Below are positions 44,390 through 57,140 of a DNA stretch of 64,000 nt, in pieces. This stretch comes from Eledone cirrhosa (taxonomy: Eukaryota): contig OZ024740.1 in NCBI GenBank assembly GCA_964016885.1, positions 25,730,001 to 25,794,000 of the forward strand, written 5' to 3'. Position 1 is the stretch's first letter. Every line of letters begins with the position of its first letter. A program made the position numbers and the translations under genes. A model generated the notes under the pieces. The model was not told the DNA's origin. It saw only the letters and a list, made by a program, of their open reading frames with translations, and did no database searches.

Positions 44390-47300
44390 TGTAGTTACTT
44401 CTATTGTAGTTGTATTTACTTCTAGTGTAGTTGTAGTTACTTCTATTGTAGTTGTAGTTACTACTATTGTAGTTGTAGTTACTTCTATTGTAGTTGCAGT
44501 TACTTCTATTGTAGTAGTAGTTACTACTATTGTAGTTGTAGTTACTTCTATTGTAGTTGTAGTTACTTCTATTGTAGTTGTAGTTACTTCTATTGTAGTT
44601 GTAGTTACTTCTATTGTAGTTGTAGTTACTTCTATTGTAGTTGTAGTTACTTCTATTGTAGTTGTAGTTACTTCTCTTGTAGTTGTAGTTACTTCTATTG
44701 TACTTGTAGTTATTTCTATTGTAGTTGTAGTTATTTCTATTGTAGTTGTAGTTACTTCTCTTGTAGTTGTAGTTACTTCTATTGTAGTTGTAGTTATTTC
44801 TATTGTAGTTGTAGTTACTTCTATTGTAGTTGTAGTTACTTCTATTGTAGTTGTAGTTACTTCTCTTGTAGTTGTAGTTACTTTATTGTAGTTGTAGTTA
44901 CTTCTATTGTAGTTGTAGTTACTTCTATTGTAGTTGTAGTTACATTATTGTAGTTGTAGTTACTTCTATTGTAGTTGTATTTACTTCTATTGTAGTTGTA
45001 GTTACTTCTCTTGTAGTTGTAGTTACTTCTATTGTAGTTGTAGTTATTTCTATTGTAGTTGTAGTTACTTCTATTGTAGTTGTATTTACTTCTAGTGTAG
45101 TTGTAGTTACTTCTATTGTAGTTGTAGTTACTACTATTGTAGTTGTAGTTACTTCTATTGTAGTTGTAGTTTGTTCTATTGTAGTTGTAGTTACTTCTAT
45201 CGTAGGTGTAGTTACTTCTATTGTAGTTGTAGTTACTTCTATTGTAGTTGTAGATACTTCTATTGTAGTTGTAGTTACTTCTATTGTAGTTGTAGATACT
45301 TCTATTGTAGTTGTAGATACTTCTATTGTAGATGTAGATACTTCTATTATAGTTGTAGTTACTTCTATTGTAGTTGTAGTTACTTCTATTGTAGTTGTAG
45401 TTACTTCTATTGTAGTTGTAGATACTCCTATTGTAGTTGTAGTTACTTCTATTGTAGTTGTAGTTACTTCTATTGTAGTTGTAGTTACTTCTATTGTAGT
45501 TGTAATTACTTCTATTGTAGTTGTATTTACTTGTATTGTAGTTGTAGATACTTCTATTGTAGTTGTAGTTAATTCTATTGTAGTTGTAGTTATTTCTATT
45601 GTAGTTGTAGTTACTTCTATTGTAGTTGTATTTACTTGTATTGTAGTTGTAGATACTTCTATTGTAGTTGTAGTTACTTCTATTGTAGTTGTAGTTATTT
45701 CTATTGTAGTTGTAGTTACTTCTATTGTAGTTGTAGTTACTTCTATTGTAGTTGTAGATACTCCTATTGTAGTTGTAGTTACTTCTATTGTAGTTGTAGT
45801 TACTTCTATTGTAGTTGTAGTTACTTCTATTGTAGTTGTAGTTACTTCTATTGTAGTTGTAGTTACTTCTATTGTAGTTGTATTTACTTCTATTGTAGTT
45901 GTAGATACTTCTATTGTAGTTGTAGTTACTTCTATTGTAGTTGTAGTTATTTCTATTGTAGTTGTAGTTACTTCTATTGTAGTTGTATTTACTTGTATTG
46001 TAGTTGTAGATACTTCTATTGTAGTTGTAGTTACTTCTATTGTAGTTGTAGTTACTTCTATTGTAGTTGTAGTTATTTCTATTGTAGTTGTAGATACTCC
46101 TATTGTAGTTGTAGATACTTCTATTGTAGATGTAGATACTTCTATTGTAGTTGTAGAAGCTTCTATTGTAGATGTTGTTACTCCTATTGTAGTTGTAGTT
46201 ACTTCTATTGTAGTGGTAGTTACTTCTCTTGTAGTTGTAGTTACTTCTTTGTAGTTGTAGTTACTTCTATTGTAGTTGTAGATACTCCTATTGTAGTTGT
46301 AGTTACTTCTATTGTAGTTGTAGATACTTCTATTGTAGTTGTAGTTATTTCTATTGTAGTTGTAGTTACTTCTCTTGTAGTTGTCGTTACTTCTATTGTT
46401 GTTGTAGTTACTTCTATTGTAGTTGTAGTTACTTCTATTGTAGTTGTAGTTACTTCTATTGTAGTTGTAGTTATTTCTATTGTAGTTGTAGTTACTTCTA
46501 TTGTAGTTGTAGTTACTTCTATTGTAGGTGTAGTTACTTCTATTGTAGTTGTAGTTACTTCTATTGTAGTTGTAGTTATTTCTATTGTAGTTGTAGTTAC
46601 TTCTATTGTAGTTGTAGTTACTTCTATTGTAGTTGTAGTTACTTATATTGTAGTTGTAGTTACTTCTATTGTAGTTGTAGTTACTTCTACTGTAGTTGTA
46701 GTTACTTCTATTGTAGTTGTAGTTATTTCTATTGTAGTTGTAGTTACTTCTATTGTAGTTGTAGTTACTTCTATTGTATTTGTAGTTACTTCTATTGTAG
46801 TTGTATTTACTTCTAGTGTAGTTGTAGTTACTTCTATTGTAGTTGTAGTTACTACTATTGTAGTTGTAGTTACTTCTATTGTAGTTGCAGTTACTTCTAT
46901 TGTAGTAGTAGTTACTACTATTGTAGTTGTAGTTACTTCTATTGTAGTTGTAGTTACTTCTATTGTAGTTGTAGTTACTTCTATTGTAGTTGTAGTTACT
47001 TCTATTGTAGTTGTAGTTACTTCTATTGTAGTTGTAGTTACTTCTATTGTAGTTGTAGTTACTTCTCTTGTAGTTGTAGTTACTTCTATTGTACTTGTAG
47101 TTATTTCTATTGTAGTTGTAGTTATTTCTATTGTAGTTGTAGTTACTTCTCTTGTAGTTGTAGTTACTTCTATTGTAGTTGTAGTTATTTCTATTGTAGT
47201 TGTAGTTACTTCTATTGTAGTTGTAGTTACTTCTATTGTAGTTGTAGTTACTTCTCTTGTAGTTGTAGTTACTTTATTGTAGTTGTAGTTACTTCTATTG

Positions 47301-49190
47301 TAGTTGTAGTTACTTCTATTGTAGTTGTAGTTACATTATTGTAGTTGTAGTTACTTCTATTGTAGTTGTATTTACTTCTATTGTAGTTGTAGTTACTTCT
47401 CTTGTAGTTGTAGTTACTTCTATTGTAGTTGTAGTTATTTCTATTGTAGTTGTAGTTACTTCTATTGTAGTTGTATTTACTTCTAGTGTAGTTGTAGTTA
47501 CTTCTATTGTAGTTGTAGTTACTACTATTGTAGTTGTAGTTACTTCTATTGTAGTTGTAGTTTGTTCTATTGTAGTTGTAGTTACTTCTATCGTAGGTGT
47601 AGTTACTTCTATTGTAGTTGTAGTTACTTCTATTGTAGTTGTAGATACTTCTATTGTAGTTGTAGTTACTTCTATTGTAGTTGTAGATACTTCTATTGTA
47701 GTTGTAGATACTTCTATTGTAGATGTAGATACTTCTATTATAGTTGTAGTTACTTCTATTGTAGTTGTAGTTACTTCTATTGTAGTTGTAGTTACTTCTA
47801 TTGTAGTTGTAGATACTCCTATTGTAGTTGTAGTTACTTCTATTGTAGTTGTAGTTACTTCTATTGTAGTTGTAGTTACTTCTATTGTAGTTGTAATTAC
47901 TTCTATTGTAGTTGTATTTACTTGTATTGTAGTTGTAGATACTTCTATTGTAGTTGTAGTTAATTCTATTGTAGTTGTAGTTATTTCTATTGTAGTTGTA
48001 GTTACTTCTATTGTAGTTGTATTTACTTGTATTGTAGTTGTAGATACTTCTATTGTAGTTGTAGTTACTTCTATTGTAGTTGTAGTTATTTCTATTGTAG
48101 TTGTAGTTACTTCTATTGTAGTTGTAGTTACTTCTATTGTAGTTGTAGATACTCCTATTGTAGTTGTAGTTACTTCTATTGTAGTTGTAGTTACTTCTAT
48201 TGTAGTTGTAGTTACTTCTATTGTAGTTGTAGTTACTTCTATTGTAGTTGTAGTTACTTCTATTGTAGTTGTATTTACTTCTATTGTAGTTGTAGATACT
48301 TCTATTGTAGTTGTAGTTACTTCTATTGTAGTTGTAGTTATTTCTATTGTAGTTGTAGTTACTTCTATTGTAGTTGTATTTACTTGTATTGTAGTTGTAG
48401 ATACTTCTATTGTAGTTGTAGTTACTTCTATTGTAGTTGTAGTTACTTCTATTGTAGTTGTAGTTATTTCTATTGTAGTTGTAGATACTCCTATTGTAGT
48501 TGTAGATACTTCTATTGTAGATGTAGATACTTCTATTGTAGTTGTAGAAGCTTCTATTGTAGATGTTGTTACTCCTATTGTAGTTGTAGTTACTTCTATT
48601 GTAGTGGTAGTTACTTCTATTGTAGTTGTAGTTACTTCTTTGTAGTTGTAGTTACTTCTATTGTAGTTGTAGATACTCCTATTGTAGTTGTAGTTACTTC
48701 TATTGTAGTTGTAGATACTTCTATTGTAGTTGTAGTTATTTCTATTGTAGTTGTAGTTACTTCTCTTGTAGTTGTCGTTACTTCTATTGTTGTTGTAGTT
48801 ACTTCTATTGTAGTTGTAGTTACTTCTATTGTAGTTGTAGTTACTTCTATTGTAGTTGTAGTTATTTCTATTGTAGTTGTAGTTACTTCTATTGTAGTTG
48901 TAGTTACTTCTATTGTAGGTGTAGTTACTTCTATTGTAGTTGTAGTTACTTCTATTGTAGTTGTAGTTATTTCTATTGTAGTTGTAGTTACTTCTATTGT
49001 AGTTGTAGTTACTTCTATTGTAGTTGTAGTTACTTATATTGTAGTTGTAGTTACTTCTATTGTAGTTGTAGTTACTTCTACTGTAGTTGTAGTTACTTCT
49101 ATTGTAGTTGTAGTTATTTCTATTGTAGTTGTAGTTACTTCTATTGTAGTTGTAGTTACTTCTATTGTATTTGTAGTTACTTCTATTGTA
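44390..49190. repeat. Near-perfect tandem duplication of a 2,391-bp unit (114 monomers minus 3 bp)
   Basis: 20-bp monomers 44880/47271, 44942/47333 and 46243/48634, and ORF starts 45171/47562 and 45636/48027, are all offset 2,391. Only one difference noticed (CTT vs ATT near 46228/48619). Confidence 0.93.
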
Positions 49191-49289
49191 GTTGTAGTTA
49201 CTTCTATTGTAGTTGTAGTTACTTCTATTGTAGTTGTAGTTACTTCTATTGTAGTTGTAGTTACTTCTATTGTAGTTGTAGTTACTTCT

Positions 49290-52200
49290 ATTGTAGTTGT
49301 AGTTACTTCTATTGTAGTTGTAGTTATTTCTATTGTAGTTGTAATTACTTCTATTGTAGTTGTAGTTGTTTCTATTGTAGTTGTAGTTACTTCTATTGTA
49401 GTTGTAGTTACTTCTATTGTAGTTGTAGTTATTTCTATTGTAGTTGTAGTTACTTCTATTGTAGTTGTAGTTACTTCTATTGTATTTGTAGTTACTTCTA
49501 TTGTAGTTGTAGTTACTTCTATTGTAGTTGTAGTTATTTCTATTTTAGTTGTAGATACTTCTATTGTAGTTGTAGTTACTTCTATTGTAGTTGTAGTTAC
49601 TTCTATTGTAGTTGTAGTTACTTCTATTGTAGTTGTAGTTACTTCTATTGTAGTTGTAGTTATTTCTATTGTAGATGTAGTTACTTCTATTGTAGTTGTA
49701 GTTATTTCTATTGTAGTTGTAGTTACTTCTCTTGTAGTTGTAGTTACTTCTATTGTAGTTGTAGTTACTTCTATTGTAGTTGTAATTACTTCTATTGTAG
49801 TTGTAGTTACTTCTATTGTAGTTGTATTTATTTCTATTGTAGTTGTAGTTACTTCTATTGTAGTTGTAGTTACTTCTATTGTAGTTGTAGTTACTTCTAT
49901 TGTAGTTGTAGTTATTTCTATTGTAGTTGTAGTTACTTCTATTGTAGTTGTAGTTACTTCTATTGCAGTTGTAGTTACTTCTATTGTAGTTGTAGTTACC
50001 TATCTTGTAGTTGTAGTTATTTCTATTGTACTTGTAGTTACTTCTCTTGTAGTTGTAGTTACTTCTATTGTAGTTGTAGTTATTTCTATTGTAGTTGTAG
50101 TTACTTCTATTGTAGTTGTAGTTACTTCTATTGTAGATGTAGTTACTTCTATTGTAGTTGTAGTTACTTCTATTGTAGTTGTAGTTACTTCTATTGTAGT
50201 TGTATTTACTTCTATTGTAGTTGTAGTTACTTCTATTGTAGTTGTAGTTATTTCTATTGTAGTTGTAGTTACTTCTATTGTAGTTGTAGTGACTTCTATT
50301 GCAGTTGTAGTTACTTCTATTGTAGTTGTAGTTATTTCTATTGTAGTAGTAGTTACTTGTATTGTAGTTGTAATTAAGTCTATTGTAGTTGTAGTTACTT
50401 CTATTGTAGTTGTAGTTACTTCTATTGTAGTTGTAGTTATTTCTATTGTAGTAGTAGTTACTTGTATTGTAGTTGTAATTAAGTCTATTGTAGTTGTAGT
50501 TACTTCTATTGTAGTTGTAGTTACTTCTCTTGTAGTTGTAGTTACTTCTATTGTACTTGTAGTTATTTCTATTGTAGTTGTAGATACTCCTATTGTAGTT
50601 GTAGATACTTCTATTGTAGATGTAGATACTTCTATTGTAGTTGTAGAAGCTTCTATTGTAGATGTTGTTACTCCTATTGTAGTTGTAGTTACTTCTAGTG
50701 TAGTGGTAGTTACTTCTATTGTAGTTGTAGTTACTTCTATTGTAGTTGTAGTTACTTCTATTGTAGTTGTAGATACTCCTATTGTAGTTGTAGTTACTTC
50801 TATTGTAGTTGTAGATACTTCTATTGTAGTTGTAGTTATTTCTATTGTAGTTGTAGTTACTTCTCTTGTAGTTGTCGTTACTTCTATTGTTGTTGTAGTT
50901 ACTTCTATTGTAGTTGTAGTTACTTCTATTGTAGTTGTAGTTACTTCTATTGTAGTTGTAGTTATTTCTATTGTAGGTGCAGTTACTTCTATTGTAGTTG
51001 TAGTTACTTCTATTGTAGTTGTAGTTATTTCTATTGTAGTTGTAGTTACTTCTATTGTAGTTGTAGTTACTTCTATTGCAGTTGTAGTTACTTCTATTGT
51101 AGTTGTAGTTACTTCTCTTGTAGTTGTAGTTATTTCTATTGTACTTGTAGTTATTTCTATTGTAGTTGTAGTTATTTCTATTGTAGTTGTAGTTACTTCT
51201 CTTGTAGTTGTAGTTACTTCTATTGTAGTTGTAGTTATTTCTATTGTAGTTGTAGTTACTTCTATTGTAGTTGTAGTTACTTCTATTGTAGTTGTAGTTA
51301 CTGCTATTGTAGTTGTAGTTACTTCTATTGTAGTTGTAGATACTTCTATTGCAGTTGTAGTTATTTCTATAGCAGTTGTAGATACTCCTATTGTACTTTT
51401 AGATACTTCTATTGTAGATGTAGATACTTATATTGTAGTTGTAGAAGCTTCTATTGTAGTTGTAGTTATTTCTATTGTACGTGTAGTTACTTCTATTGTA
51501 GTTGTAGTTACTTCTATTGTAGGTGTAGTTACTTCTATTGTAGTTGTAGTTACTTCTATTGTAGTTGTAGTTACTTCTATTGTAGTTGTAGTTACTTCTA
51601 TTGTAGTTGTAGTTACTTCTATTGTAGTTGTAGTTACTTCTATTGTAGTTGTAGATACTTCTATTGTAGTTGTAGTTACTTCTATTGTAGTTGTAGTTAT
51701 TTCTATTGTAGTTGTAGTTACTTCTATTGTAGTTGTATTTAATTCTATTGTAGTTGTAGATACTTCTATTGTAGTTGTAGTTACTTCTATTGTAGTTGTA
51801 GTTACTTCTATTGTAGTTGTAGTTATTTCTATTGTAGTTGTAGATACTCCTATTGTAGTTGTAGATACTTCTATTGTAGATGTAGATACTTCTATTGTAG
51901 TTGTAGTTACTTCTATTGTAGTTGTAGTTACTTCTATTGTAGTTGTAGTTACTTCTATTGTAGTTGTAGTTATTTCTATTGTAGCTGTAGTTATTTCTAT
52001 TGTAGTTGTAATTACTTCTATTGTAGTTGTAGTTACTTCTATTGTAGTTGTAGTTACTTCTATTGTAGTTGTAGTTACTTCTATTGTAGTTGTAGTTATT
52101 TCTATTGTAGTTGTAGTTACTTCTATTGTAGTTGTAGTTACTTCTATTGTATTTGTAGTTACTTCTATTGTAGTTGTAGTTACTTCTATTGTAGTTGTAG

Positions 52201-55200
52201 TTATTTCTATTGTAGTTGTAGTTACTTCTATTGTAGTTGTAGTTACTTCTATTGTAGTTGTAGTTACTTCTATTGTAGTTGTAGTTACTTCTATTGTAGT
52301 TGTAGTTATTTCTATTGTAGATGTAGTTACTTCTATTGTAGTTGTAGTTATTTCTATTGTAGTTGTAGTTACTTCTCTTGTAGTTGTAGTTACTTCTATT
52401 GTAGTTGTAGTTACTTCTATTGTAGTTGTAGTTACTTCTATTGTAGTTGTAGTTACTTCTATTGTAGTTGTAGTTATTTCTATTGTAGTTGTAGTTACTT
52501 CTATTGTAGTTGTAGTTACTTCTATTGTAGTTGTATTTACTTCTATTGTAGTTGTAGTTACTTCTATTGTAGTTGTAGTTATTTCTATTGTAGTTGTAGT
52601 TATTTCTATTGTAGTTGTAGTTATTTCTATTGTAGTTGTAGTTACATCTCTTGTAGTTGTAGTTACTTCTATTGTAGTTGTAGTTATTTCTATTGTAGTT
52701 GTAGTTACTTCTCTTGTAGTTGTAGTTATTTCTATTGTACTTGTAATTATTTCTATTGTAGTTGTAGTTATTTCTATTGTAGTTGTAGTTACTACTCTTG
52801 TAGTTGTAGTTACTTCTATTGTAGTTGTAGTTATTTCTATTGTAGTTGTAGTTACTTCTATTGTAGTTGTAGTTACTTCTATTGTAGTTGTAGTTACTGC
52901 TATTGTAGTTGTAGTTACTTCTATTGTAGTTGTAGATACTTCTATTGCAGTTGTAGTTATTTCTATTGCAGTTGTAGATACTCCTATTGTAGTTTTAGAT
53001 ACTTCTATTGTAGATGTAGATACTTATATTGTAGTTGTAGAAGCTTCTATTGTAGTTGTAGTTATTTCTATTGTAGGTGTAGTTACTTCTATTGTAGTTG
53101 TAGTTACATCTATTGTAGGTGTAGTTACTTCTATTGTAGTTGTAGTTACTTCTATTGTAGTTGTAGATACTTCTATTGTAGTTGTAGTTATTTCTATTGT
53201 AGTTGTAGTTACTTCTATTGTAGTTGTAGTTACTTCTATTGTAGTTGTAGTTATTTCTATTGTAGTTGTAATTACTTCTATTGTAGTTGTAGTTGTTTCT
53301 ATTGTAGTTGTAGTTACTTCTATTGTAGTTGTAGTTACTTCTATTGTAGTTGTAGTTATTTCTATTGTAGTTGTAGTTACTTCTATTGTAGTTGTAGTTA
53401 CTTCTATTGTATTTGTAGTTACTTCTATTGTAGTTGTAGTTACTTCTATTGTAGTTGTAGTTATTTCTATTTTAGTTGTAGATACTCCTATTGTAGTTGT
53501 AGTTACTTCTATTGTAGTTGTAGTTACTTCTATTGTAGTTGTAGTTACTTCTATTGTAGTTGTAGTTACTTCTATTGTAGTTGTAGTTATTTCTATTGTA
53601 GATGTAGTTACTTCTATTGTAGTTGTAGTTATTTCTATTGTAGTTGTAGTTACTTCTCTTGTAGTTGTAGTTACTTCTATTGTAGTTGTAGTTACTTCTA
53701 TTGTAGTTGTAATTACTTCTATTGTAGTTGTAGTTACTTCTATTGTAGTTGTATTTATTTCTATTGTAGTTGTAGTTACTTCTATTGTAGTTGTAGTTAC
53801 TTCTATTGTAGTTGTAGTTACTTCTATTGTAGTTGTAGTTATTTCTATTGTAGTTGTAGTTACTTCTATTGTAGTTGTAGTTACTTCTATTGCAGTTGTA
53901 GTTACTTCTATTGTAGTTGTAGTTACCTATCTTGTAGTTGTAGTTATTTCTATTGTACTTGTAGTTACTTCTCTTGTAGTTGTAGTTACTTCTATTGTAG
54001 TTGTAGTTATTTCTATTGTAGTTGTAGTTACTTCTATTGTAGTTGTAGTTACTTCTATTGTAGATGTAGTTACTTCTATTGTAGTTGTAGTTACTTCTAT
54101 TGTAGTTGTAGTTACTTCTATTGTAGTTGTATTTACTTCTATTGTAGTTGTAGTTACTTCTATTGTAGTTGTAGTTATTTCTATTGTAGTTGTAGTTACT
54201 TCTATTGTAGTTGTAGTGACTTCTATTGCAGTTGTAGTTACTTCTATTGTAGTTGTAGTTATTTCTATTGTAGTAGTAGTTACTTGTATTGTAGTTGTAA
54301 TTAAGTCTATTGTAGTTGTAGTTACTTCTATTGTAGTTGTAGTTACTTCTATTGTAGTTGTAGTTATTTCTATTGTAGTAGTAGTTACTTGTATTGTAGT
54401 TGTAATTAAGTCTATTGTAGTTGTAGTTACTTCTATTGTAGTTGTAGTTACTTCTCTTGTAGTTGTAGTTACTTCTATTGTACTTGTAGTTATTTCTATT
54501 GTAGTTGTAGATACTCCTATTGTAGTTGTAGATACTTCTATTGTAGATGTAGATACTTCTATTGTAGTTGTAGAAGCTTCTATTGTAGATGTTGTTACTC
54601 CTATTGTAGTTGTAGTTACTTCTAGTGTAGTGGTAGTTACTTCTATTGTAGTTGTAGTTACTTCTATTGTAGTTGTAGTTACTTCTATTGTAGTTGTAGA
54701 TACTCCTATTGTAGTTGTAGTTACTTCTATTGTAGTTGTAGATACTTCTATTGTAGTTGTAGTTATTTCTATTGTAGTTGTAGTTACTTCTCTTGTAGTT
54801 GTCGTTACTTCTATTGTTGTTGTAGTTACTTCTATTGTAGTTGTAGTTACTTCTATTGTAGTTGTAGTTACTTCTATTGTAGTTGTAGTTATTTCTATTG
54901 TAGGTGCAGTTACTTCTATTGTAGTTGTAGTTACTTCTATTGTAGTTGTAGTTACTTCTATTGTAGTTGTAGTTACTTCTATTGTAGTTGTAGTTATTTC
55001 TATTGTAGTTGTAGTTACTTCTATTGTAGTTGTAGTTACTTCTATTGCAGTTGTAGTTACTTCTATTGTAGTTGTAGTTACTTCTCTTGTAGTTGTAGTT
55101 ATTTCTATTGTACTTGTAGTTATTTCTATTGTAGTTGTAGTTATTTCTATTGTAGTTGTAGTTACTTCTCTTGTAGTTGTAGTTACTTCTATTGTAGTTG

Positions 55201-57140
55201 TAGTTATTTCTATTGTAGTTGTAGTTACTTCTATTGTAGTTGTAGTTACTTCTATTGTAGTTGTAGTTACTGCTATTGTAGTTGTAGTTACTTCTATTGT
55301 AGTTGTAGATACTTCTATTGCAGTTGTAGTTATTTCTATAGCAGTTGTAGATACTCCTATTGTACTTTTAGATACTTCTATTGTAGATGTAGATACTTAT
55401 ATTGTAGTTGTAGAAGCTTCTATTGTAGTTGTAGTTATTTCTATTGTACGTGTAGTTACTTCTATTGTAGTTGTAGTTACTTCTATTGTAGGTGTAGTTA
55501 CTTCTATTGTAGTTGTAGTTACTTCTATTGTAGTTGTAGTTACTTCTATTGTAGTTGTAGTTACTTCTATTGTAGTTGTAGTTACTTCTATTGTAGTTGT
55601 AGTTACTTCTATTGTAGTTGTAGATACTTCTATTGTAGTTGTAGTTACTTCTATTGTAGTTGTAGTTATTTCTATTGTAGTTGTAGTTACTTCTATTGTA
55701 GTTGTATTTACTTCTATTGTAGTTGTAGATACTTCTATTGTAGTTGTAGTTACTTCTATTGTAGTTGTAGTTACTTCTATTGTAGTTGTAGTTATTTCTA
55801 TTGTAGTTGTAGATACTCCTATTGTAGTTGTAGATACTTCTATTGTAGATGTAGATACTTCTATTGTAGTTGTAGTTACTTCTATTGTAGTTGTAGTTAC
55901 TTCTATTGTAGTTGTAGTTACTTCTATTGTAGTTGTAGTTATTTCTATTGTAGCTGTAGTTATTTCTATTGTAGTTGTAATTACTTCTATTGTAGTTGTA
56001 GTTACTTCTATTGTAGTTGTAGTTACTTCTATTGTAGTTGTAGTTACTTCTATTGTAGTTGTAGTTATTTCTATTGTAGTTGTAGTTACTTCTATTGTAG
56101 TTGTAGTTACTTCTATTGTATTTGTAGTTACTTCTATTGTAGTTGTAGTTACTTCTATTGTAGTTGTAGTTATTTCTATTGTAGTTGTAGTTACTTCTAT
56201 TGTAGTTGTAGTTACTTCTATTGTAGTTGTAGTTACTTCTATTGTAGTTGTAGTTACTTCTATTGTAGTTGTAGTTATTTCTATTGTAGATGTAGTTACT
56301 TCTATTGTAGTTGTAGTTATTTCTATTGTAGTTGTAGTTACTTCTCTTGTAGTTGTAGTTACTTCTATTGTAGTTGTAGTTACTTCTATTGTAGTTGTAG
56401 TTACTTCTATTGTAGTTGTAGTTACTTCTATTGTAGTTGTAGTTATTTCTATTGTAGTTGTAGTTACTTCTATTGTAGTTGTAGTTACTTCTATTGTAGT
56501 TGTATTTACTTCTATTGTAGTTGTAGTTACTTCTATTGTAGTTGTAGTTATTTCTATTGTAGTTGTAGTTATTTCTATTGTAGTTGTAGTTATTTCTATT
56601 GTAGTTGTAGTTACATCTCTTGTAGTTGTAGTTACTTCTATTGTAGTTGTAGTTATTTCTATTGTAGTTGTAGTTACTTCTCTTGTAGTTGTAGTTATTT
56701 CTATTGTACTTGTAATTATTTCTATTGTAGTTGTAGTTATTTCTATTGTAGTTGTAGTTACTACTCTTGTAGTTGTAGTTACTTCTATTGTAGTTGTAGT
56801 TATTTCTATTGTAGTTGTAGTTACTTCTATTGTAGTTGTAGTTACTTCTATTGTAGTTGTAGTTACTGCTATTGTAGTTGTAGATACTTCTATTGCAGTT
56901 GTAGTTATTTCTATTGCAGTTGTAGATACTCCTATTGTAGTTTTAGATACTTCTATTGTAGATGTAGATACTTATATTGTAGTTGTAGAAGCTTCTATTG
57001 TAGTTGTAGTTATTTCTATTGTAGGTGTAGTTACTTCTATTGTAGTTGTAGTTACTTCTATTGTAGGTGTAGTTACTTCTATTGTAGTTGTAGTTACTTC
57101 TATTGTAGTTGTAGATACTTCTATTGTAGTTGTAGTTATT
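49290..57140. repeat. Tandem duplication of an about 3.93-kb unit (3,927 = 187 monomers; 3,969 further on)
   Basis: GTTGTTTCT at 49368/53295 and ACCTATCTT at 49998/53925 (3,927). GTACGTGTA at 51477/55446 (3,969). Confidence 0.9.

Noticed and set aside
44512-44529. Small hairpin TAGTAGT-AGTT-ACTACTA (also at about 46903)
   Set aside because: A 7-bp AT-rich stem arising by chance from two adjacent variants. No support as a terminator or structured RNA.
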